64,000 bases of DNA from an uncultured beta proteobacterium (GTDB lineage Bacteria > Pseudomonadota > Gammaproteobacteria > Burkholderiales > JACQAP01), in contig CAVOIO010000030.1 in the NCBI GenBank assembly GCA_963695915.1, forward strand, positions 5,814 through 69,813, given 5' to 3'. The notes under the pieces were generated by a model, which did no database searches, had not been told where the DNA came from, and saw nothing but the letters and a program-made list of their open reading frames with translations. The translations under genes were made by a program, and so were the position numbers. Shown here one piece after another: positions 56,254 to 64,000 of the stretch; the first letter of the stretch is position 1, and every line of letters begins with the position of its first letter.

Positions 56254-56943
56254 GTGCGGGATCGGGCAGTGCGCAGGATCAGGCAGGTTCCCCAAGGCGT
56301 GTCACAGGCGGCGTTCGCGCGCCTGTTTGTTGCCGTGGTGTTGTCCGCGACGCTCCATATGTATCTGATCTACGGGCTGGCACTGCAACCGACCCGCAAC
56401 CCCGCGGATCATCTGAGCATCATCAACGCCCGGCTCTTGCCCGAACCCGAAGTGATGAATCGGCCAGCGTTAGCCGCGCCTGCAACGCAGCGCAGGCGCA
56501 TCGCTCCTGCCCGGCCGCACGTCGCATCATTGCCTGAACCGGTCGAAACGCCGATACCGGCCGAACAAGCTCCTTCGACCGGGGATCTCAGCCCGAAGCC
56601 GGAGATTTCAACCGCCAACTTTCCCGATCCGGTTCATTACGCCGCAAGGGATCTCGACGTCTATCCGCAACCGCTGAATCGTATCGAGCCCGACTATCCG
56701 CAAACAGCACTCGCCGGTGAAATCGGCGGATCAGTGACGTTGCTGTTGTTGATCGATGAATTCGGGCGGGTCACAGGCGTATCGGTCGTGGATGCGTCTC
56801 CCCAGGACGTATTCGAAGAGTCGGCGCTACGGGCCCTGGCGGCGACCGCATACTCTCCCGCGCAGAGAAGCGGCCGCGCGGTGCGCAGCCGCATCCTCGT
56901 CAAGATCAACTATGACCCGATTGCGGCCGCAGCAACCCGGTGA
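56254..56943 (+). CDS. TonB-family energy-transducer C-terminal domain protein
   Basis: It has an N-terminal TM segment, a Pro-rich linker, and a C-terminal domain ...PDYPQTALAGEIGGSVTLLLLIDEFGRV. Confidence 0.75.
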   Translation: MRDRAVRRIRQVPQGVSQAAFARLFVAVVLSATLHMYLIYGLALQPTRNPADHLSIINARLLPEPEVMNRPALAAPATQRRRIAPARPHVASLPEPVETPIPAEQAPSTGDLSPKPEISTANFPDPVHYAARDLDVYPQPLNRIEPDYPQTALAGEIGGSVTLLLLIDEFGRVTGVSVVDASPQDVFEESALRALAATAYSPAQRSGRAVRSRILVKINYDPIAAAATR

Positions 56944-56952
56944 CGGCTGGGT

Positions 56953-58200
56953 TCAGAACGGACGCGGCTCGTAGCCGCGCGGATAGAGCACCCACATCCG
57001 GCCGCTCTGGCGCATGCGCCCGGCAATCTGCCCGGCCTCGTCGCCGAATCCCCAGAAGAAATCGGCCCGCACCGCGCCCTTTATCGCGCTGCCGGTATCC
57101 TGTGCGAGTACGATGCGATTCAGTGGCCGCGCGGAAAGCGGCCAGCTGCTGGAAAGAAAAACCGGTGCTCCGAGCGGCACGACAGATGCATCGACCGCAA
57201 TGCTCCGGCCCGGCGTCAAGGCGACGCCCAGCGCACCAACAGGCCCGGGCGACGAAGATGGCATCTCGCGGAAAAACACGAACGCCGGATTTTGCTGCAG
57301 TAACAGCGACAGCAATTCCGGGTTCTGCTTACCCCATTGCTTGATTCCCTGCATTGACGCCTTGTCTTGCGGCAATTCCCCCCGCTCGACCAGCACGCGC
57401 CCGATTGACTTGTAGGGCTGCCCATTGTGCTCGGCGAACCCGATGCGCACGATTTCACCGTTCGGCAATTTGATGCGGCCCGACCCCTGTACTTGCAGGA
57501 AGAAGAGTTCGACCGCGTCGTCAACCCAGAGAATTTCGCGGCCGCGCACCGCGGCTTCGCCGCGCTCGATTTCCGCTCGCGTGTAGTAGGGCACCACCTT
57601 GTTTCCCTGCAGCCGTCCGCGTAGTCGCATGCCCTTGAGATTGGGCTGCGTTTCAGCGAGGTCGACGACCAGCAGGTCGTTCGGAACGCCGTACAGCGGA
57701 AAACGATACATCCTGGTCGGCGTGCGGCTGCCGCGCAGCAGCGGCTCATAGTATCCGGTGACCAGGCCTTCCGTGCTTCCGTCGGCATTGTGGACGGCGT
57801 AGGGAACGAAGCTGGATTCGAAGAATTGCCGGACTGCGCCAGGATCTTCGCCAGGGATTTGCGCCGCGACGGCACAAGCTGATTGCCATTCGGGTTGGGA
57901 TTTCAGGCTGCCGCACGAGGCCAACAGTGCCGGCAATGACTCGGCAAGATTGTCGGCTTCCCAGTCGGGCAACGCGCTCCAATCGGCGGCCTGGAACGTC
58001 TGCGGGCGTCGTGTAGGTTGCGCGATCGGCGCGGGAGCCGGCGCGGGTTCGGGCGCGGCGACGATTGGTTCCGGCGTTTCGGGAAGCGGCCCAACCGGGG
58101 CCGGTGGCGCTGGGGGTGGGGTCTTGGTTAGACTCGCACAACCGCTGGCAAGCAACCCAAGCATGCACAGGGTGAGCGCCGGCCAATTTCTTCTCTGCAT
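56953..58200 (-). CDS. mltA: membrane-bound lytic murein transglycosylase A
   Basis: It has the lipoprotein signal MQRRNWPALTLCMLGLLASGC, plus VTGYYEP, FFLQVQGSG and ...AQDTGSAIKG. Confidence 0.9.
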   Translation of the reverse strand: MQRRNWPALTLCMLGLLASGCASLTKTPPPAPPAPVGPLPETPEPIVAAPEPAPAPAPIAQPTRRPQTFQAADWSALPDWEADNLAESLPALLASCGSLKSQPEWQSACAVAAQIPGEDPGAVRQFFESSFVPYAVHNADGSTEGLVTGYYEPLLRGSRTPTRMYRFPLYGVPNDLLVVDLAETQPNLKGMRLRGRLQGNKVVPYYTRAEIERGEAAVRGREILWVDDAVELFFLQVQGSGRIKLPNGEIVRIGFAEHNGQPYKSIGRVLVERGELPQDKASMQGIKQWGKQNPELLSLLLQQNPAFVFFREMPSSSPGPVGALGVALTPGRSIAVDASVVPLGAPVFLSSSWPLSARPLNRIVLAQDTGSAIKGAVRADFFWGFGDEAGQIAGRMRQSGRMWVLYPRGYEPRPF

Positions 58201-58277
58201 TAGGTGATCATCTGCGTGAACTGTTGCCAACGCGAGTATAACAAAGCGACGCCGCGCGCCCTTCGGCACGACTGGAC

Positions 58278-58379
58278 ATGACCTGGCTGATTCTCGAAGG
58301 CGTTCTGGCGCTGGCGTTGTTCGCGTTCATCATCTGGTGGACGCTGCCGCGCAAGCGGGAGCGCGACAAAAAAGATTAA
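58278..58379 (+). CDS. possible 33-aa single-pass membrane peptide
   Basis: MTWLILEGVLALALFAFIIWWTLPRKRERDKKD has a clean TM segment with a basic tail. It is below the ORF-track cut-off and I recognise no family. Confidence 0.35.
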   Translation: MTWLILEGVLALALFAFIIWWTLPRKRERDKKD

Positions 58380-58978
58380 TTCTCACGCTTCTCGAGCTCG
58401 ATCAATCGGAACCAGCCACCGAGCAGCGCTGGCTCATCCTTCACGACGCGCAGTTGCGGCACTTTTTCGACGACTTGTTCGAACACGACGTCGGTGCGGG
58501 TGGCGATGTGCCGTGTCAGCAGGTTGAGCAGCCGGCGTGCGGGTGCGCGTTCGCCGCGGTGCAGAAACTTGTCCAGCAGGAGAATCCTTCCCGCCGGTTT
58601 CAGCACCCTGGCCGTCTCGTGAAGCACTGCGGCGCCATCAGGCACGACCGCGACGATCAGGTGCAGAATCGCGTGATCGAAACATTCATTCCTGAACGGC
58701 AGCCTTTGGCTGTCTCCCTGCACCAGCAATGTGTCCAATGAACCGATCCGCGCCCGTGCCCTGCGCAGCATCGCTGCGGTGAGGTCGATTCCCAGGTACT
58801 CGTGCAACGCGGGAAGGTACGGCAGGTCCAGGCCGGTGCCGATGCCGTCCAACAGAATCCGGCACGGTTTACCGGCCGGCAGCGCAGCAAGACTGCGGCG
58901 ACGGACTAGGGCAAGCGGCCGGCGCATGATCGCGTCGTAAACCGGGGCGATCAGCGTGTAACTGTGCTTGAGCGACAT
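58376..58978 (-). CDS. class I SAM-dependent methyltransferase
   Basis: 200 aa with motif I (ILLDGIGTG) and Methyltransf_11-like spacing. Confidence 0.75.
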   Translation of the reverse strand: MSLKHSYTLIAPVYDAIMRRPLALVRRRSLAALPAGKPCRILLDGIGTGLDLPYLPALHEYLGIDLTAAMLRRARARIGSLDTLLVQGDSQRLPFRNECFDHAILHLIVAVVPDGAAVLHETARVLKPAGRILLLDKFLHRGERAPARRLLNLLTRHIATRTDVVFEQVVEKVPQLRVVKDEPALLGGWFRLIELEKREN

Positions 58979-59015
58979 GGCGGCGATGACAACTAAGTAC
59001 AGCGAAAAGCGAAAA

Positions 59016-59264
59016 TCTCACCACGGAGGATTCTTTTCTATACCCCCTTGAGGGGTGCACAGAGGACACGGATACCCTCGCGATAGCGTGGAGTACCCAA
59101 TTAGGAATACCGAAAACGAGGTAAAACATGTGGCACTTTAAGATCGTGCCTGCTGCAAAAGTGACTACCGTTACCTGGTTTTACTCACGAATTCCTTTTT
59201 TTGCTCGTGCCCTTCCTCCGTGCACCCCTCAAGGGCGTATAGAAAAGAATCCTCCGTGGTGAGA
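59016..59264. repeat. IR element copy 9 (58-nt arms, both carrying the CCCTTGAGGGG module)
   Basis: The left arm is TCTCACCACGGAGGATTCTTTTCTATACCCCCTTGAGGGGTGCACAGAGGACACGG. The right arm is ...GTGCACCCCTCAAGGGCGTATAGAAAAGAATCCTCCGTGGTGAGA. Confidence 0.9.
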
Positions 59265-59284
59265 CTTACGGTTTTTTGGCAGGA

Positions 59285-59677
59285 TCAGTGCAGCACCCGA
59301 GGCACGCTCAGGGTGAATTCGGGGATCGGTGCTTCGAAGGAAACGCCGTCCTCCGCGGCCATCTGGTAACTGCCGCGCATCGTGCCTACCGGCGTGGCGA
59401 TTGCCGTGCCACTGGTGTATTCGTGTTTTTCCTGCGGCCGCAGCAGCGGCTGCTGCCCGACCACACCGAGGCCACGTACTTCCTGCACTTTCCCATTGGC
59501 GTCAGTGATGATCCAGTGACGGCTGACAAGCTGGGCAGCGACGGTGCCGGTATTCGCGATTGTGATGGTGTAGGCAAAGACGTAGCGGCCGCCGGCCTCA
59601 TCGGATTGGTCAGGGACATAGGAGGTCTTCGCGGTCACGGTAATTTCGTACTTTTTGTGCTCGGCCATGCCCGGCAT
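59285..59677 (-). CDS. apaG: ApaG (DUF525) protein
   Basis: ...YEITVTAKTSYVPDQSDEAGGRYVFAYTITIANTG...QLVSRHWIITDANG. The start could be at 59677 or 59668. Confidence 0.88.
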   Translation of the reverse strand: MPGMAEHKKYEITVTAKTSYVPDQSDEAGGRYVFAYTITIANTGTVAAQLVSRHWIITDANGKVQEVRGLGVVGQQPLLRPQEKHEYTSGTAIATPVGTMRGSYQMAAEDGVSFEAPIPEFTLSVPRVLH

Positions 59678-59705
59678 TGGACATTAAACGTGGCGAAGCG
59701 GCAAG

Positions 59706-59995
59706 GCCGGCTAGGGAAGCTCTGCATAGGTCCGACGACGCGCGTTGCGCCAGGTACGGATGACTGCTAGGCGTCGCTTTGCAGTTGCGGCTGAAGCCCC
59801 AACAAGGAGCGTAACAACGCAGGCGCCGCACCTGGCACAACCCAATAATATTTCGACTCTTTCGAGGGACCGGGCGATTCGAGCCGATGTCTGCGTCGGC
59901 TCCTCCTTATGTAGGCCGGCTACACGGCGTCCTCGCCGTCTTGCCCTCGACCCGAATCGCCTCGGTCGCGCATGCGGGACTTACGCAGAGCTTCC
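59706..59995. repeat. ~290 bp nested-hairpin region bounded by a ~34 bp imperfect inverted repeat (different from the main family)
   Basis: CTAGGGAAGCTCTGCATAGGTCC (59711-) pairs with GGGACTTACGCAGAGCTTCCCTAG (-59989). The inner pairs are GCGCCAGGTACGG/CCGCACCTGGCAC and GACCGGGCGATTCG/CGAATCGCCTCGGTC. Confidence 0.55.
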
Positions 59996-60089
59996 CTAGG
60001 GGGCGCGATCCAACGAGGGATGGCCGGCCACCGTTTGCTACAATGCCGCGTTCTTTCGCCTGCGGGCAGCGCCGCTGATCGAATCGCCC

Positions 60090-60749
60090 ATGTATCGAAT
60101 TGCCCCAAGCATTCTTTCCGCCAACTTCGCCAAGCTCGGCGAAGAAGTCCAGTCGGTGATTGCCGCCGGAGCCGACATCGTGCACTTCGACGTGATGGAT
60201 AACCATTACGTACCCAATCTGACCGTTGGCCCCGTGGTTTGCGAAGCGATCCGACCGCTTACCAAGGGAATCATCGACGTGCATCTGATGGTCACGCCGG
60301 TGGACCGAATCGTTCCCGATTTCGCCAACGCGGGCGCCAACATCATAAGCTTTCATCCGGAAGCCTCGGAGCACGTCGACCGTACCATCGGACTGATCAG
60401 GGAATGCGGCTGCAAGGCCGGGCTGGTGCTCAATCCGGCGACCCCGTTGTCCTGGCTCGATTACACCCTCGACAAGCTGGACCTGGTGCTGGTCATGTCG
60501 GTCAATCCTGGATTCGGCGGTCAGAAATTCATTCCCGCGGCGCTCTCCAAGCTGCGCGCCGTTCGCGAACGCATAGTGAAATCCGGGCGTGACGTCTGGC
60601 TCGAAGTGGACGGCGGGGTCAAGGTGGACAACATTGCCGAGATTGCCCGTGCCGGAGCGGACACATTTGTCGCCGGATCTGCAATTTTCGGCACGAAGGA
60701 CTACAAGGCCACCATCACCGCCATGCGCGCCGAGCTGACGAAAGTCTGA
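60090..60749 (+). CDS. rpe: ribulose-phosphate 3-epimerase
   Basis: [20 protein letters not shown]...[14 protein letters not shown]... Confidence 0.93.
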   Translation: MYRIAPSILSANFAKLGEEVQSVIAAGADIVHFDVMDNHYVPNLTVGPVVCEAIRPLTKGIIDVHLMVTPVDRIVPDFANAGANIISFHPEASEHVDRTIGLIRECGCKAGLVLNPATPLSWLDYTLDKLDLVLVMSVNPGFGGQKFIPAALSKLRAVRERIVKSGRDVWLEVDGGVKVDNIAEIARAGADTFVAGSAIFGTKDYKATITAMRAELTKV

Positions 60750-60759
60750 GACACGTACG

Positions 60760-60963
60760 TCTCACCACGAAGGCCCGAAGGACGCGAAGAAACACCAAGA
60801 AGGACGGGATGCGGAAATCTACCCATCCATTTTGTGTAGGCTGTAGTTCCCGCCAACCGCTTCCGCAAGGTATTCCCCTTCGAAATGAAGATCCGTTTTT
60901 GCTAGCCATTTTTTTTGGGGCTTTCTTCGTGAACCTTCGTGTTCTTCGTGCCTTCGTGGTGAG
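60760..60963. repeat. IR element copy 10 (CACGAAG/CCGAAGG arms)
   Basis: TCTCACCACGAAGGCCCGAAGGACGCGAAGAAACACC pairs with TTTCTTCGTGAACCTTCGTGTTCTTCGTGCCTTCGTGGTGAG. The element lies between rpe and gph. Confidence 0.88.
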
Positions 60964-60996
60964 CATTCTGGTTTTCTGCGTTTGCGGCGGTATCTG

Positions 60997-61686
60997 ATGC
61001 CCAAATTCCCGATCCCGGTGGCGGCGGTGGCGTTCGATCTGGACGGCACGCTGGTCGATACGCTGCCGGACTTGCATGAAGCGGCTAACCGGATGCTCGG
61101 AGACCTCGGTCGACCTGCGATGGCCGAGTCCGCGGTGCGGGCGTATGTGGGAGACGGGGTCGACCGCCTGGTCAAACGCCTGTTGACGGACGATCCTGAG
61201 GGCGAGCCGGATACGGCACTGTTCGATCGGGCTGGAAACGTTTTCCGCAGTCACTACGCAAGTGTGCTGTCGCGTGCATCACGGCCCTTTCCCGGCGTGG
61301 TGGAGGGGTTGCAGGAAATGCGCCGCTACGGGCTCAGGCTCGCCTGCATTACCAACAAGGCGGCGGGTTTCACCGAACCGCTGCTGCGTGATATCGGGCT
61401 CGCGCCGTATCTGGATCTGGTATTGAGCGGGGACAGTCTGCCGCGCAAGAAGCCTGATCCATTGCCACTGCTGCATTGCGCACAGGTCTTTGGCGTGCCG
61501 GCGTCGCGCCTGCTGCTGATCGGCGATTCTCCCAACGACACCCGGGCGGCGCGGGCAGCCGGTTGCCCGGTGTTCTGCGTGCCCTACGGCTACCGGGGCA
61601 CGCTCGGTGTGCACGAACTGGACTGCGATGCTATAGTACCGGCGCTTCTCGACTCCATGAAACTGATCGACATTCCGCGGTCATGA
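60997..61686 (+). CDS. gph: phosphoglycolate phosphatase
   Basis: MPKFPIPVAAVAFDLDGTLVDT (HAD motif I)...ITNK...GDSPNDTRAARAAG. Confidence 0.88.
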   Translation: MPKFPIPVAAVAFDLDGTLVDTLPDLHEAANRMLGDLGRPAMAESAVRAYVGDGVDRLVKRLLTDDPEGEPDTALFDRAGNVFRSHYASVLSRASRPFPGVVEGLQEMRRYGLRLACITNKAAGFTEPLLRDIGLAPYLDLVLSGDSLPRKKPDPLPLLHCAQVFGVPASRLLLIGDSPNDTRAARAAGCPVFCVPYGYRGTLGVHELDCDAIVPALLDSMKLIDIPRS

Positions 61687-61772
61687 ACTTTCTGAAACTC
61701 GAAAACCTGAGGCTGGAAATCGGGGCCGACCGGCGCTGGTGGCGCCCGTCCGTGTTCTGGCGCTGCATCTGA
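61683..61772 (+). CDS. trpL: Trp-rich leader peptide (29 aa) of trpE
   Basis: [29 protein letters not shown] has tandem TGG TGG at 61737-61742 and a third TGG at 61758. Its ATG overlaps the gph stop (ATGA). Confidence 0.6.
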   Translation: MNFLKLENLRLEIGADRRWWRPSVFWRCI

Positions 61773-61795
61773 GCGTCGCCGGTTTCCGTTTCATC
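61729..61795 (+). promoter_or_regulatory. putative trp attenuator (alternative hairpins plus U-rich tract)
   Basis: The terminator-like hairpin GGCGCTGC/GCGTCGCC (61759-61780) is followed by GGTTTCCGTTTCATCGTT. Competing pairings are GCGCC (61742-46) with GGCGC (61759-63), and ACCGGCGC (61729-36) with GCGTCGCCGGT (61773-83). Confidence 0.5.
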
Positions 61796-61821
61796 GTTCT
61801 TCGCAGTTTCAGGAGTTCGCC

Positions 61822-63297
61822 ATGACTGAGCAGGAATTCAAGCAACTTGCCGCGCAGGGTTTCAACCGCATCCCGGTTGTACTCGAAACCTTTGCCGACC
61901 TCGACACTCCGCTCTCGGTTTATCTCAAGCTCGCTAACAAGCCCTATTCCTATTTGCTGGAATCGGTGCAGGGAGGCGAGCGGTTCGGCCGCTACTCCTT
62001 CATCGGCCTGCCTGCGGACACCCGCTTCGAAGTGCGCGGCCATACCTGTGCCGAGTTCCGGCGCGGCACGTTGGTGAGCCAGACCGAACACGACAACCCC
62101 CTTGATTTCGTCTCGGCCTGCCATGCGCGCATCAGGGCGGCCTCCCGGTCGGAGTTGCCGCGTTTTCTTGGTGGCCTGGTCGGCTGTTTTGGCTACGATA
62201 CCGTACGTTATGTGGAAAGGAAGCTTGCTGCCACGCAAAAGTCCGACACCCTCCATACCCCGGACATCCTGCTTCTGCTCTCCGAGCAACTGGTCGTACT
62301 GGATAATCTTTCCGGCAAGCTGTTTCTGGTGGTCTATGCCGATCCACGCGAAGCCGGCGCGTATTCGCGTGCCCAGCAGCGTTTGCAGGAACTGCTGTGG
62401 ATGCTGCGCCAGCCGGTCGTGGTGCCGCCGGAAGCCCCCACGACGCCCGCACAACCGCAGTCCGAGTTCAGCGAAGACGCTTTCATGGAGGCGGTGGAGT
62501 GCGCCAAGCGCTACATTTTTGACGGCGACATCATGCAGGTGGTGCTGTCGCAGCGCGTGAGCCTGCCTTACCATGCCTCGCCCCTGTCGTTGTACCGTGC
62601 CTTGCGTGCGCTCAACCCCTCGCCTTACATGTTTTATTTCGACATGGGCGGATTTCACGTGGTCGGCGCTTCGCCCGAGATCCTGGTGCGGCTGGAAAGC
62701 GGGGTGGTGACACTGCGGCCGATAGCCGGCACCCGGCCGCGCGGTGCCAGCCGCGAAGAGGACGTCGCGCTGGAGCGCGAACTGCTCGCCGACCCCAAGG
62801 AGCGCGCCGAACATGTGATGCTGATGGACCTGGGGCGCAACGACGTCGGCCGGGTGGCGCAGGTCGGCAGCGTGCGCGTGACGGAGAACATGACCATCGA
62901 GCGTTATTCGCACGTGATGCACATCGTTTCCAACGTCGACGGCAAGCTCAAGCCCGGCCTGGATGCCATGGCGGTGCTGAAGGCAACCTTTCCCGCCGGT
63001 ACCGTGAGTGGAGCGCCGAAAGTGCGGGCGATGGAAATTATCGACGAACTGGAACCATCCAAGCGCGGCATCTATGCCGGGGCTGTGGGCTACCTCGGAT
63101 TCAACGGCGACATGGATCTTGCGATCGCGATCCGCACCGCTGTGGTGAAGGATGGCACGCTGTATGTGCAGGCCGGCGCCGGCATCGTCGCCGATTCGGT
63201 GCCGAAGAACGAATGGGTCGAGACCCAGAACAAGGCGCGCGCACTGCTGCGCGCCGCCGAAATGGCGCAGGCGGGCCTCAACAGCAAGATTGATTGA
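61822..63297 (+). CDS. trpE: anthranilate synthase component I
   Basis: 491 aa: ...[17 protein letters not shown]...[17 protein letters not shown]... Confidence 0.93.
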   Translation: MTEQEFKQLAAQGFNRIPVVLETFADLDTPLSVYLKLANKPYSYLLESVQGGERFGRYSFIGLPADTRFEVRGHTCAEFRRGTLVSQTEHDNPLDFVSACHARIRAASRSELPRFLGGLVGCFGYDTVRYVERKLAATQKSDTLHTPDILLLLSEQLVVLDNLSGKLFLVVYADPREAGAYSRAQQRLQELLWMLRQPVVVPPEAPTTPAQPQSEFSEDAFMEAVECAKRYIFDGDIMQVVLSQRVSLPYHASPLSLYRALRALNPSPYMFYFDMGGFHVVGASPEILVRLESGVVTLRPIAGTRPRGASREEDVALERELLADPKERAEHVMLMDLGRNDVGRVAQVGSVRVTENMTIERYSHVMHIVSNVDGKLKPGLDAMAVLKATFPAGTVSGAPKVRAMEIIDELEPSKRGIYAGAVGYLGFNGDMDLAIAIRTAVVKDGTLYVQAGAGIVADSVPKNEWVETQNKARALLRAAEMAQAGLNSKID

Positions 63298-63302
63298 ACA
63301 AC

Positions 63303-63458
63303 TAACCACGGAGGAAATCGCCTCGCCCCCCGCCCTCTCCAGCAAGCTGGAGAGGGTGCCGAAAAACCACACGATCGCGGATCGGGGCGTTTGTATCACC
63401 CTCTCCACCCGGTTTTGGGGGGAGAGGGATGGGGCGAGGGGGGTGTTCTCCGTGGTGA
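63303..63458. repeat. IR element copy 11 (arms each contain a CCCTCTCC/GGAGAGGG side hairpin)
   Basis: TAACCACGGAGGAAATCGCCTCGCCCCCCGCCCTCTCC... pairs with ...GGAGAGGGATGGGGCGAGGGGGGTGTTCTCCGTGGTGA. The element lies between trpE and trpG. Confidence 0.8.
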
Positions 63459-63468
63459 AAGGTCTTTT

Positions 63469-64000
63469 ATGCTTTTGATGATCGACAATTACGATTCCTT
63501 CACCTACAACCTGGTGCAGTATCTGGGCGAACTGGGCGAGGAGGTCAGCGTATTCCGCAATGACGAGATCACGCTGGAACAGATCGAGGCTTTGCATCCC
63601 TCGAGAATCGTCATTTCCCCGGGGCCGTGCACGCCCAACGAGGCCGGCATTTCGGTGCCGCTGATTCAGCGCTTTGCCGGCAAGTTGCCAATCCTCGGTG
63701 TCTGCCTGGGCCACCAGAGCATCGGCCAGGCCTTCGGCGGAAAGATCGTTCACGCCGGACAACTGATGCACGGCAAGACTTCCGACATTCGCCACAAGGA
63801 TGCCGGCGTTTTCCATGGGCTGCCCAATCCGCTGACCGCCACGCGCTATCATTCGCTTGTCATTGAAAAGAAAAGCCTGCCCGCCTGTCTCGAAGTGACC
63901 GCGTGGACCGACGATGGCGAGATCATGGGCGTTCGGCACAGGGACCTGCCGGTGGAGGGGGTGCAGTTCCATCCCGAGTCGATCCTGACCGAAAAGGGCC
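63469..64000 (+). CDS. trpG: anthranilate synthase component II (glutamine amidotransferase), 3' end outside the window
   Basis: My own translation is [23 protein letters not shown]...[18 protein letters not shown]...[14 protein letters not shown]. The frame stays open to the window end. Confidence 0.9.
   Translation, partial: MLLMIDNYDSFTYNLVQYLGELGEEVSVFRNDEITLEQIEALHPSRIVISPGPCTPNEAGISVPLIQRFAGKLPILGVCLGHQSIGQAFGGKIVHAGQLMHGKTSDIRHKDAGVFHGLPNPLTATRYHSLVIEKKSLPACLEVTAWTDDGEIMGVRHRDLPVEGVQFHPESILTEKG

Noticed and set aside
60809-60997. Small ORFs inside element cores or arms (60809-60997, 41373-41564, 5000-5257, 25486-25785), with translations such as FFVNLRVLRAFVV
   Set aside because: The peptides are translations of the repeat arms in arbitrary frames. 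The cores are not conserved between copies and lack ribosome-binding sites.
61681-63972. 763-aa ORF on the minus strand, and similar long ORFs at 18882-20915, 10540-11808, 5215-6498, 12038-12697 and 35960-36445
   Set aside because: They run antisense to clearly recognisable genes (trpE, metH, gshB, proA, amtB, GT41). They have Arg/Ala/Gly-rich, low-complexity translations typical of shadow ORFs in high-GC DNA.

Overview
High-GC chromosomal segment with betaproteobacterium-like housekeeping synteny: gshB-EIIA-ptsH-ptsI, TorF porin-glnK-amtB, metH, msrPQ, ald, lptM-lysA, plsC-gmhB-glyS-glyQ, lnt-corC-ybeY-phoH-miaB, and rpe-gph-trpE-trpG. There is one tRNA(CAU) and no rRNA, CRISPR, transposase, integrase or phage gene. 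Three points stand out. (1) At least 13 intergenic spacers hold one family of modular inverted-repeat elements. Each has TCTCACCAC-type termini, arms of tandem purine-rich 8-mers, and a unique AT-richer core. The arm sequence differs between copies, but the two arms of each copy stay complementary. Several copies sit inside operons or supply the last codons of genes. I cannot match this family to a named one, and it is the best candidate for something undescribed. (2) Two unpaired arms of this family bracket a 4.6 kb AT-richer island that carries an FkbM methyltransferase fusion, a TPR/GT41 glycosyltransferase and a hydrolase remnant. (3) About 50 frame breaks cluster in about 22 genes, several of them essential, while neighbouring long genes are intact. 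This points to local assembly indels rather than gene decay. Smaller items are a Trp-rich leader peptide with an attenuator between gph and trpE, a possible SAM-II-like pseudoknot plus terminator in front of metH, and a sigma-54 promoter for the porin-glnK-amtB operon. All family assignments come from reading the translations by eye. No searches or computations were run.
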